Below, piece after piece: positions 45,511 through 57,900 of a DNA stretch of 64,000 nucleotides. Source of the stretch: Macrostomum lignano (lineage: Eukaryota); contig NIVC01002997.1 in NCBI GenBank assembly GCA_002269645.1, forward strand, positions 1-64,000, read 5' to 3'. Position numbers and translations under genes: made by a program. The first letter of the stretch is position 1, and each line of letters starts with the position of its first letter. The notes under the pieces were generated by a model. That model made no database searches, was not told where the DNA came from, and worked only from the letters and a program-made list of their open reading frames with translations.

Positions 45511-48453
45511 ATGCCAAAAGCTAAAGGGCTAAATATCAATGCAGCTCCATTTGAACCTGGTGCTACGCCTACAGCTACAGTGAATGCTTTGCCTTCATTA
45601 AATTATAGCTATGTGCATGGCCAAGGACCAGTATCTAATTCAACTATCCCAGGGAACCCGTCTGCACCTGGTATCTATTTCAGGTAGGTCTTAGTCTAGA
45701 CTTTCGACCTTTTGGAATAGTTTATAACTTTATATAATACTCTAGCTAGTATTTATTTGCTCTAACCTCTAATAATTATAATAAATAAAGATAGGCCCCC
45801 TAGCATCAGGCCTAAACTTGATCAAAGAGAGAACTTTTGTAATTGTTTTAAAGCAAAAATCCACAAACAAAACAGGATCTTTGGCAATCTTCCAGTTTGT
45901 CTTGTGCTATATTTCTTTCAAGTTTTGATTGGTGCTGCAATGTAATGTAATGCCATAGCAGAAAATGAAATTTATTGTCAAGAAGGATAAGAACTAGTAT
46001 CAAAAAATGTTCTAGCTCTATCTACTGCTCTATCTACTGTTCTATCTACTGCTCTAGCTATTGCTCCATTTACTTCTCTATCAAGCTAGTGCTTAGATTC
46101 AAAGGCACTATGCCATAGTTTGGAAGGTGATATGTAGGGCCTACACTAGGATTTCCCAGCATGCATGCAACAACTTCAACAAGGGTCTTACTATTTTTAG
46201 TGTACATTAGGGTATATCTAGGTGTACATAACACAGCAGATACATTGTGTCTGTCAAATAACAAATAACAATAATAACAAATTTTTGTATTGGCGCATAA
46301 ACTTGGTGTACAAACAAGGTCTTATTATTTTTTCTGGCATTAAACTTGGTATATACTAATATATGATCTGAATTATAAGCACTAGGGCCCCCTAGGCCTA
46401 TATTTTAATATCAGTTCAAACTTGAAGATAATATTATAGAACAAACTTGAAGATCACCAGATATTTTTTTTCTTTTTTTCTTAATAAACTACAGTTATTT
46501 ATGGTTTGTTTATTAAACAAAATTTATTTTTATTAGGCTTTATGAACATTTCAAACTTTGTCACTTAAAGAAATTTAAAATTAGAATAAATATTGATTAT
46601 TAAATAGATTTAGTGAAGGTCTATTGGCTAATAATGGCTAATAGACAATAGAGAATGTCCTATATCTATACACCTGCAAAGTGTTCTATCAAAAAATAGC
46701 ACTAGCAGTATAGCTAACTATAAAAAATATGATATTACCAACTATCTTTATTAATGTCACATTGCAAAAATCTTTTTGATTTGAAATTAAAAACAAATTT
46801 TCTATTTACCAGTAAAAATATTAGAAGTAGAAAGTATTGTAGTTTTTTAATTATAGCAACTAATATAAATGTTAATATTTTCTTAATTTTAAAGGCCAAA
46901 ATCTATTCCTAAAACTCTTGCCTATTTCCCTATATTCATTCTTCAATTGGCTCTTAGAATTAAGCCCTAGTATTGATTTATATATTTAAAATAGATATTT
47001 TGTAGTGCTTTAGAATGTAAAAAAATGATCAAATAAATTATAGTTAAAATGTCATAGTAAAATAAGGCCTTAGTCCTAAGTAAGTTTTAAGATTTAAGCA
47101 TATTACATTGTGTATTATTTTCTAAAATATTAGATTTTTTTGTAAGAATATAGGTGTTGTTTATTTTATATAGGATGCAAAATTAGTTTTAAAAAGCCAA
47201 TCATTACATAAATTTCTTATTGATATGTACATTTCCTAATGTTATTAAAATCTTATAATAATAATAATATCAAAGTAATTCTATCTATTGAGGCTACTGG
47301 CTAGTTAGGAGTTTTGACTGTGTGTTTACTGTTTATTAGATTTTTTTCTAACTTTCTAACTTTATTGACTTTGGACTCTAAGATGACTTAGTGTTCTGTG
47401 CAGACCTATCCTTAATATATTTGTTATAAACTACTACTAGACCTCCAGATCCATACAATGGACCAATGTGCCAATATGCTAGTCCAGATCAACAGCCAAC
47501 ACCTGTTCCAAGCATGCCAGTGTTTTACTATGGACCAAATTATTCAGGTAAATGACTCAATGTTTTTATAATTATTATTTGTTAATAATACTAAGATTAT
47601 TAGTAATTAGCTCGTACTAAAATTTGTTTCATACTTTGCACTCTTTAATTAGCATCTCTCTAATTATTACCAGTGAGTATAGACAACAGTTTTTGTAGAT
47701 ATTAGAAATCTAATTACTGGTGCAATTCTTTTTCGTGTCAAATGCAGTCCTGCCTCAGCCGCCGCCTTACCAGTGGCCTGTTGGACCGCCTCCACCGCCG
47801 CCATCTCGACAACCCAGCAGTTCAGCAGCGTCGACACACCGTCGTCACGCCAATCACGGTTATCGCGCCGGTCGCAGCAACAGCAGCTCCGTATTGAAGG
47901 TGCTCACCAGCACATCATCTGCTGCTCCTGCTACTGTAGTCAGCAAGGCCACTACTACTACTGCTGTGAGTAGTAGCATTTCCCAGCAATCAACTGGAAG
48001 CGTAACTCGAGTTTGCAATGCAAATTCAACTACTAATAGTAGTACTAACGCTGCAGCTGTTGTTAAACCCCGAAACGCGGAGCCGCAGCTTCAATTGGGA
48101 AGTGCTGAAGACTTTCCAGCTTTAAGTAGCGGCGCTGGCGGCGGCGGCGGTGGTGTCTCTGTGGCCGGCAGTCAACCGGCTGGCGTAAAATTTGGCCCTG
48201 CTCAACTGCAAAAGAACTTGGATGCAAATTCAGATTCTGGTATGTTTTATTACTGTTTGTAGTAGTAGTTGAAGTATTAGAAGTAGTTAGTATCATTAGT
48301 AGTAGTATTTTTACGAGTAGTAGTGTTTGAGTAGTAGTAGTAGTAGTAGTAGTAGAAGTTGTAATAGTAATAGCAGTAGTAGTAGTGGTAATAGTAGTAG
48401 TAGTAGTGGTAATAGTAGTAGTAGTAGTAATAGTAGTAGCAGTAGTAGTAGTG

Positions 48454-48486
<33 letters not shown>

Positions 48487-48513
48487 ATAGTAGTAGTAGT
48501 AGTAGTAGTAATC

Positions 48514-48576
<63 letters not shown>

Positions 48577-49598
48577 ATAGTAGTAGTAGTATTAGTAGTA
48601 GTAGTAGTAGTTGTAGTAGTAGTAGTAGTAGTAGTAATAGTAGTAATAGTAATAGTAGTAGCAGTAGTAGTACTAATTCTTAGTGTTATTCAAGAATCGG
48701 TGAATCCAAACACGCACTATCATTAGTGCAGCATGCAGTACTAAAAGTAGTGTACCAAGCAGTCAGTGCCTGCATTTCCCGCACTCCATTTCCCAGCGCA
48801 GTCCAGAACGCTCTCGTACTCAGCCGCAATCAGGCAGCCCCGACCGCCGCCGGCGGCAGCGCCTCAGCTCCAACCATCAAATTCGTTCTCAACTTCGACG
48901 CCTTCTCAACCTCCCGCTGGCAAAGTCTCCACGGATGCCAAGGAGCACAGCGAGCCTGCCGAAGCCAACAGTAACAAAATCCAGCTGAAGCAGAAGAAAT
49001 CGCGTTCAAATCGTCGTTCTAAAAAGAAACGAAGTAAGAAGAAGTCTGGCCTACAGGACAAGCAGCAGTTAGGCGCTGATGATGCCGGCCTGGGTGAAGC
49101 TGAGCAGCAGCCAGAGTTTCAGCTGGAGCAGGAGGAGTTCCCCAGTCTGCAGGCCGGCCGCCCAGCTCCATCTGTAACAGCTGGCAGCGCCCTGCCTCCG
49201 ACTTCGACTGTGCAGCAGCCGGAGGCTTGCGGAACGTCTGGGTAAGGCCTTCGACTGATGTCTTTGAGGCTGGTGACTGTTGAGTCATGAAAGAGTCGTC
49301 CAAAGACGCCGATGCGCTTTAGACGGGAGTCTCCAGCGACTCTGATATCTCAGAGATGACTCTACGGCCCCAGAGTCGCTTGAGTCGCTCTGAGAGAGAC
49401 AGAACTTTGAAATAACTCTTAGGGCGACTTTTGGCGACCGCGTTGTACCGTGGCATCTCGTCGTTTTATTTAGAGTCGTCTGGAGTCACTTCTTTCCTAT
49501 TTTGTCTGTGGCACCTGCGACAGCTCCGAATTGACTCTGTTGCGCTTCTTGGCCTAAACGTTTTCATCGGGACAGACATGCACTACTAAAATAGAAGA

Positions 49599-49635
<37 letters not shown>

Positions 49636-52334
49636 GTCAAGCAGACAGACAGACAGTCAAGCAGACAGACAGACTGACAGACTGACAGGCAGGCAGAGAG
49701 ACAGGCAGGCAGACAGACAGACAGGCAGACAGACAGGCAGACAGACAGACAGGCAGGCAGACAGGCAGACAGGTAGACAGGTAGACAGATAGGCAGACAG
49801 ACAGGCAGGCAGACAGACAGACATACGGACGGTCAGACAGACAGACAGACAGGCAGGCAGACAGACAGACAGACAGGCAGACAGACAGACAGACAGGCAG
49901 ACAGGCAGGCAGACAGACAGACAGACAGGCAGACAGACAGACGGTCAGACAGACAGGCAGGCAGGCAGGCAGACGTTCAGACAGACAGACAGACAGACAG
50001 GCAGACAGACAGACAGACAGACAGGCAGACAGACATACGGTCAGACAGACAGACAGGCAGGCAGGCAGACGGTCAGACAGACAGACAGGCAGACAGACAG
50101 GCAGGCAGACAGGCAGGCAGACAGACAGGCAGACAGACAGACAGACAGACAGACAGACAGGCAGACAGGCAGACAGGCAGGCAGACAAAGTGCTGAAGTC
50201 TATCGATCAGATTTATATCTTGCCCGCCAGATCCAAGAGTCAACCGCAGCCGCAGTCGGTAGGCCGCAGGCAGCAGTTGAATCGGGCAGCCAGGCAGAGC
50301 CTGCTGCTGTCCTCCAGCCTATTAGTGGTGAACAAAGCCATCGCGGCTGTCCATCAGCGGCCAGCGGCCGGCAAGTCCAGCGGGGCTGCCAGCTCAGGCG
50401 TCGGTCATTCGTCATCTGGCGCGCCGGTTCGGGTTGGCAAACAGCGGGAGCGACCGAAAGCGAAGAAAAAGTCGCTAACTAAGAAGATTATATTGATGGA
50501 GCGGCAGGCTAGGTAAGGCGCTTTATGTCCATTAGGCTGCTGTTAGTAGTGACGCTCGATTCTGTAGAGTATAATTTGCCAATTGATTGGTAGGAGTTTA
50601 CGATCTCAGTGGTTTATACTTCTTTAAAGCGTAATATTATATTACTAGTTACAGTTGGGTAATTAGTAATTACACAGACAGGTGTAGAACAGGTAATTAC
50701 TCTACTAATTACAGTTAGGGTCATTAGTAATTACACAGGCAGGTGTAGAACATAGTAATAAACTACAACTAAAATAAGGTCTGTTTCACAAATTCACTCA
50801 GAAGAAAAGCAGCAACAGCAGCAACAGCCGCAGCCGATGCAGAAAAGGAAGCTGCTGATAAAGAATCTACAGATGCTGAGAACTGCGACGCTCCTTCACC
50901 TTCATCAGTTTGTCAGTCTCCAGAAGCGGTTGAGCCACCACCGCCGCCACCACCGCCTGCTCCGCAGTCGAAATCAATTCATAGTCGCCGTTTTCGCGAA
51001 TACTGCGACCAGTTATTAATGAAATCGGTGCAGGAGCTGTCCGTGAAGGTGCTACGCGATCTGGCCTTCTATCAGGCCAGGGCGAGGGCGAGGGACCCGG
51101 CTAAGGCCAAGCAGAAGCGGCGGTTAGTTATGGGCCTTCGCGAGGCCAGGAAGCATATTGGATTAAATCGAATCCGTCTAGTCTTCATCTCTCCGGATTT
51201 GGAACGGGTGCAGGCTCCCGGAGGTCTGGATGACAGTGTTAACCAGCTCATTAACCTGTGTCAGCAGCGCTCTGTGCCCTACGTGTTCGGCTTGAAACGC
51301 CGGGAAATGGGCCGAGTGCTGAGAAAGACTGTGCCAGTGTCTGTTGTGGCCGTGTTTGATTATCAAGGCTGCGAAGCTAATGTTAATGCCCTGCTTGAGT
51401 AAGTGCTGGCTTTGAGTGGGTCTTTGTTGCGGCTGTAGGTTTAGTTTGTGGTCTTTGTTCCGGTTGTAAGTTTAGTTAGTGGTCTTTGTTCCGGTTTTAG
51501 GTTTTCCCAGAGAGTTAGTGGGTCTTTGTTGCGGCTGTAGGTCTAGTTAGTAGTCTTTGTAGGTCTAGGTAGTGGTCTTTGTTCCCATAGTGGTCTTTGT
51601 TCCGGTAGTGGTCTTTGTTCCTGCTGTAGGCATCCCAGAGAGCTACTGGGTCTTTGTTGCGACTGTAGGTTATCCCAGAGAGTTAGTGAGGCTTTGTTCT
51701 GGCTGTATGTTTTTAGTGGGTCTTTGTTCCGGCTCTAGGTTATATCGGAGAGTAAGTGGGACTTTGTCCCGGTTGTAGGTTACCCCAGAGTTAGTGTTCT
51801 TTGTCCTGACGGTAGATTACTTCATATAGTGGTCTTTGTTTCTCCGCCAAACCTTCTCAAGCTCCTCCATCATTCCTTAGACTGGTCCACAAAGCCAGGG
51901 CCGATTACGAGACTCTCAGTCGAATGGCGCTCGAATGCGCCCGAGTCGACGACCACTCAGTTGCTAAAGACGCCATTGTCGTTGCTAACGAAGCAGCTAC
52001 CGAAGTTGCGGAAGAATCGGTCACCAACCAGCAGCAGCAGATTCGCCCCTCGGCGAGTCATTCACGCAATCCGAGCGACACCTCGAATCCAATTAGCGAG
52101 CCGCTGAGCGAGCTCGACTCGTCCGCCCCAGCCGCAGCTGCCGTCGCCTCCGCGGCCCCGAACTCGCAGCTCTACGGCTTCCACAGTCGGCAATCTTCGC
52201 TAGGCGTTGTCGTGGTCGCCCAGGCTATTGACGAGAACGAAAGCGGCGCAGCGAATGACGCAGCGAACAGCTCGACCGCTGGCGACAAAGTTGCCAAGTG
52301 GTTGTCGAACGGGACAGAACTGGGCGATGCTTGA
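45511..52334 (+). CDS. SECISBP2: SECIS-binding protein 2 (SBP2/SBP2L family); exons 45511-45683, 47441-47547, 47748-48239, 48797-49241, 50231-50512, 50802-51398, 51881-52334
   Basis: SID motif GKQRERPKAKKKSLTKKIILMER and IHSRRFREYC. L7Ae domain RRLVMGLRE..ISPDLE..GGLDD..PYVF..PVSVVAVFDY. Splice phases are consistent. Confidence 0.92.
48290..48675 (+). repeat. (AGT)n microsatellite, intronic
   Basis: Directly visible. Confidence 0.95.
49600..50188 (+). repeat. (AGAC/AGGC)n compound microsatellite, intronic
   Basis: Directly visible. Confidence 0.95.
51405..51842 (+). repeat. Degenerate tandem repeat with GTGGTCTTTGTT core, intronic
   Basis: About 12 recurrences of the core. Confidence 0.8.
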
Positions 52335-52388
52335 TTGGCTGCTTTGTCGGCGAGAGATTGCTGATTGATGGGAGCTGACTGAATTGCC

Positions 52389-52760
<372 letters not shown>

Positions 52761-53281
52761 TCAGTCAAACTCACAAGACTGAGCAGCACAAAATTCAGTT
52801 ATTTCCAATCTATCTGTTGATATTAAAGGAAATTTATGGTTAGTCACATTTGCCATTTTCCTGATTCGAAGTTTTGGTATCCCGTCTGCTTGTATTGTTT
52901 TACGGTATAATTTTATTTGTTAAATTTTAATCCGAGGTTGGATTGCACCGAATTAAATTAACCAGAATAAAAAAGTGATTCAAGACTTTCGCGGAAGCGC
53001 TCTGCGAACTAATAGACCTGGGCATGTATATTCCATAATTTTTACCGTATGCTTTTATGAAGTACTTTTTATTTCTGTTCTGTCTGAGAATCATTTTTGA
53101 GATATTTGTTTCCGTTTGCAATTGTAATTGAAACTAGTTGTAGCACCCAGCTATTTTGTTAATGTTCTCTGTAAATATTAAAATTGAAAATCCACTAGAT
53201 TGAATTCCATCTGACAACTTTCATGCTGAAGTTTTTGTGCGCTTTTAATTTTTTGTGAAATTGCAGTTCAGCCTGTCTGTA

Positions 53282-53315
<34 letters not shown>

Positions 53316-53729
53316 TCATGTCTGTCCAGTCTTATTCCATGCTAATGGAGCACCCTTATCAGAGAGGGTTATTCCCAAAAGAATAATTTAATCCACAGCT
53401 CATGAAAGTCCTGTTCTTGACAGTATATCTGTAAAATGAGTCAATTCTCTGGGTCAGCAAATGCCAAGTGGCCTGAAGCCTTGAGCCCAGGCCTCCCTTG
53501 AGAGCAGGCTGTCGGTCCGTCTTGCTAGAATATTATACCCTCCAGCGCAACATTCAATTTCAATTGCAAGTAACAAAATGCTTAATTTATGAGTCTGGGC
53601 AGGAAGGAACAGCACTTTGCTAGGCTCTGTTACCGTTTCTGCCGCTCAATCGGGTGGATCGCTTTGAAATTATAATTTATTCGCTTAAGTGCTGGGAGGG
53701 GCTGCGATCAGCTGACAGTAGCTTTGGCG

Positions 53730-54500
53730 CTTCCTTCAAAAGAAATGGCACCCTCTTGACATGAAATAGTGCCCCTTCAAAAGAAATGGCGCTCCTTCTA
53801 ACGAAATGGCGTCCCTTCGAAAGAAATGGCGCTCCCTCAAAAGAAATGGCGCTCCCTCAAAAGAAATGGCGCTCCCTCAAAAGAAATGGCGCTCATTCAA
53901 AAGAAATGGTGCTCCCTAAAAGAAATGGCGCCCCTTGAGAAGAAATGGCGTCCCTTCGAAAGAAATGGCTCTCTCTCAAGAGAAATGGTGCCTCTTCAGA
54001 AGAAGTGGTGCCCCCTCAAAAGAAATGGCACTTTCACAAAAGAAATAACGCTCCCTCAAAAGAAATGGCACTTTCACAAAAGAAATAACGCTCCCTCAAA
54101 AGAAATGGCACTTTCACAAAAGAAATAACGCTCCCTCAAAAGAAATGGCACTTTCACAAAAGAAATGGCGCTCCCTCAAATGGCACTTTCACAAAAGAAA
54201 TGGCGCTCCCTCAAAAGAAATGGCACTTTCACAAAAGAAATGGCGCTCCCTCAAATGGCACTTTCACAAAAGAAATGGCGCTCCCTCAAATGGCACTTTC
54301 ACAAAAGAAATGGCGCTCCCTTAAAAGAAATGGCACTTTCACAAAAGAAATGGCGCTCCCTCAAAAGAAATGGCACTTTCACAAAAGAAATGGTGCTTCC
54401 TCAAAAAAAATGGCACTTTCACAAAAGAAATGGCGCTTACTTCAAAAAATAGCGCCCCCTCAAAAGAAATGGCGCCCCACCTAATGAAATGGCGCCCTCT
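53730..54500 (+). repeat. 20-bp satellite (AAAAGAAATGGCGCTCCCTC / AAAAGAAATGGCACTTTCAC)
   Basis: Directly visible. Confidence 0.93.
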
Positions 54501-54992
54501 TAAATAAACTGGCTCTCTCTGATATGAAATGTCGCTACCTCAGGTGTCCAGTCCATCACGCCACTGATTCAAGCCTGCAGCAACTCCGCACTGACAACCT
54601 GGAATCAACCTTGTCCTATATTTTGCTACAAACAACTCACACTGCGCGACTGAGACTGAAAGTCTCTTATTGATTATTGGTCGATTGAATGGGTACGTTT
54701 TCTCTGTCTGTCTGTCAACGCTCATCAATAACAGCGACACATCAGCCAATAATGTCGATGGGCCGGCCCGGCTTCCCAGTCTATTGACAGGCCGGCAGCC
54801 ATCTCCTTTTTTCAGCGGCATGTTCAGTCAATAGTGCTTAGCGGGTTTCGCTGACTGGCGAGAGTAAAGCATCAAGGATTGGTTGGCTGGTTGTGTAAAG
54901 GCTTAGAGTGTATATTTATTTAACAGGCGCATCGCATACACTCTGTATGCAGTTGACACAGCTGCCGGTTTACCTAGCTGTTTACCGACAAA

Positions 54993-57900
54993 ATGATGAC
55001 TGATAACGCTGCGGAGTCTGCCGAGCAGAGTTCTCCGGCTACTGGCATTGCGGCTGACTGCGGCGACAGAGCCGATGGCGCACCTGCGCAGGAGAACCGC
55101 AATGAGATTGGCCGGATTTTGAGACTGGCCTTTCCCGTGGTGAGTTCGAATCTTTAGTATTGCCAAGGGAGCATCCTCCAAAAAAGTGAGATTCTAAAAT
55201 CTCATCCTTAATCTCAGATTAGTGAGATTCTAAAATCTCATCTTTAATCTGAGATTAGTGAGATTCTAAAATCTCATCTTTAATCTGAGATTAGTGAGAT
55301 TCTAAAATCTCATCCTTTATCTGAGATAGTGAGATTCTAAAATCTCATCCTTTATCTGAGATTTTTTTTGTTAGAGGCAGTGGGGGTTGTGTGCACCCTA
55401 GCGCACTTTAAGCGACATTGGCACACAACCGGCGAGAGGCATTGCTGCCCATTCCGCCGACTCCCCTGAGCAGGCATACAAGCGCGCGGATACGTTACGC
55501 AGGCACACACTCACACAGGAGTGTACAGCGGCCCTAACTTTATTTTATCGTTAGGCATGTACACTTCACTGCGCCTTGGGGGGTTGGCTCTCAAGGCCGT
55601 TAATTGCACAAGCGAGCCAAGCCGAAATTCCAATTCAGCCCCAAATTAATGTGGCTGCACTTGGAATCGAGCCTGGGTCGCGGCACACCAGAGCAGCTGC
55701 GCTACCGCTGGGCTACGCCCCCCCCTCCTTTATCTGAGATAGTGAGATTCTAAAATCTCATGCTTTATCTCAGATAGTGAGATTCTAAAATCTCATGCTT
55801 TATCTCAGATAGTGAGATTCTAAAATCTCATGCTTTATCTCAGATAGTGAGATTCTAGAATCTCATGCTTTATCTCAGATAGTGAGATTCTAAAATCTCA
55901 TCCTTTATCTGAGATAGTGAGATTCTAAAATCTCATGCTTTATCTGAGATAGTGAGATTCTAAAATCTCATGCTTTATCTGAGATAGTGAGATTATAAAA
56001 TCTCATGCTTTATCTGAGATAGTGAGATTCTAGAATCTCATGCTTTATCTCAGATAGTGAGATTCTAAAATCTCATCCTTTATCTGAGATAGTGAGATTC
56101 TAAAATCTCATCCTTTATCTGAGATAGTGAGATTCTAAAATCTCATCCTTTATCTGAGATAGTGAGATTCTAAAATCTCATCCTTTATCTGAGATAGTGA
56201 GATTCTAAAATCTCATCCTTTATCTGAGATAGTGCGATTCTAAAATATCATCTATTGAATCTCACTGGCCCATCTAAAGTGCATCCATCCATTGTTAATT
56301 GAGCACTTGCAACTCCAAAATATCTGTAAATAATTGAATAAAACAGAAGGCATCGGGAGGCTGCTCTGAAACCGTGGATTTGGCCAGACAGATTCAGTAA
56401 GACGTCACGAACAACCATTTCGATTTTAGCTCAATAATTCATTAGCTCCGCGCGTAGCAAATCAAACTGATGGATTAAAAACGTTTCTATTATGAGTTTA
56501 TAACTGCACTTGAGCTAGTCTTCAAATTTTGTTCGAATTTGCTTGGTGCGGTGAAATTGTGCGAGTGAGATAGGGGCGCCAGTGAGATTAGAGTGCCAGT
56601 GAGAGCGCCAGTGAGATTAGAGTGCCAGTGAGAGCGCCAGTGAGATGAGAGTGCCAGTGAGAGCGCCAGTGAGATTAGAGTGCCAGTGAGAGCGCCAGTG
56701 AGATTAGAGTGCCAGTGAGAGCGCCAGTGAGATTAGAGTGCCAGTGAGATGAGAGTGCCAGTGAGAGCGCCAGTGAGATTAGAGTGCCAGTGAGAGCGCC
56801 AGTGAGATGAGAGTGCCAGTGAGAGCGCCAGTGAGATTAGAGTGCCAGTGAGAGCGCCAGTGAGATGAGAGTGCCAGTGAGAGCGCCAGTGAGATTAGAG
56901 TGCCAATGAGAGCGCCAGTGAGATGAGAGTGCCAGTGAGAGCGCCAGTGAGATTAGAGTGCCAGTGAGAGCGCCAGTGAGATGAGAGCGCCAATGAGAGC
57001 GCCAGTGAGATTAGAGTGCCAGTGAGAGCGCCAGTGAGATTAGAGTGCCAGTGAGAGCGCCAGTGAGATGAGAGCGCCAATGAGATGAGAGCGCCAGTGA
57101 GTTGAGAGCGCCAGTGAGATGAGAGAGCCAGTGAGGGCGCCAGTGAGATGAGAGCGCCAATGAGATGAGAGAGCCAGTGAGATGAGGGAGCCAGTGAGAT
57201 GAGGGAGCCAGTGAGATGAGGGAGCCAGTGAGATTAGAGTGCCAGTGAGAGCGCCAGTGAGATGAGAGCGCCAATGAGATGAGAGAGCCAGTGAGATGAG
57301 AGCGCCAATGAGATGAGAGAGCCAGTGAGATGAGGGAGCCAGTGAGATTAGAGTGCCAGTGAGAGCGCCAGTGAGATGAGAGCGCCAATGAGATGAGAGA
57401 GCCAGTGAGATGAGAGCGCCAGTGAGTTGAGAGCGCCAGTGAGATGAGAGAGCCAGTGAGGGCGCCAGTGAGATGAGAGCGCCAATGAGATGAGAGAGCC
57501 AGTGAGATAAGAGAGCCAGTGAGGGCGCCAGTGAGATGAGAGCGCCAGTGAGATGAGGGCGCCAGTGAGATAAAAGAGCCAGTGAGTTGAGAGCGCCAGT
57601 GAGGGCGCCAGTGATATGTGATAATTAATATCGAAGAAACGTACAGAGCTATGTCACTCTTGAAATTTGCAAGGCATCAGTGAACAGCAGGCTACATACT
57701 TGGCCTTGATTGGAAGGGATAATGATGCATAGGAGATAATTACTCAACTCGAACTCGAGAGTAAAAACCAGCTGCACCAATTATATCTCGCCTGAGCTGC
57801 CTGAACAAAAAAAATAAAGACTTTTACTGACGAAGAAGCAGTCGGCTAGAATTCTAGTTACTTAGCTAACACATGGATGTGCTAAGAATTGATACAGAAT

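Noticed and set aside
48290-48675. (AGT)n tract as a Polinton terminus or telomere-like seed
   Set aside because: It is a plain intronic microsatellite with no adjoining TIR sequence.
55650-55719. tRNA gene
   Set aside because: A and B boxes are present, but it continues into a SINE body repeated at 42190 and 44160, and I could not fold a clean cloverleaf. The same applies to 60660-60728.
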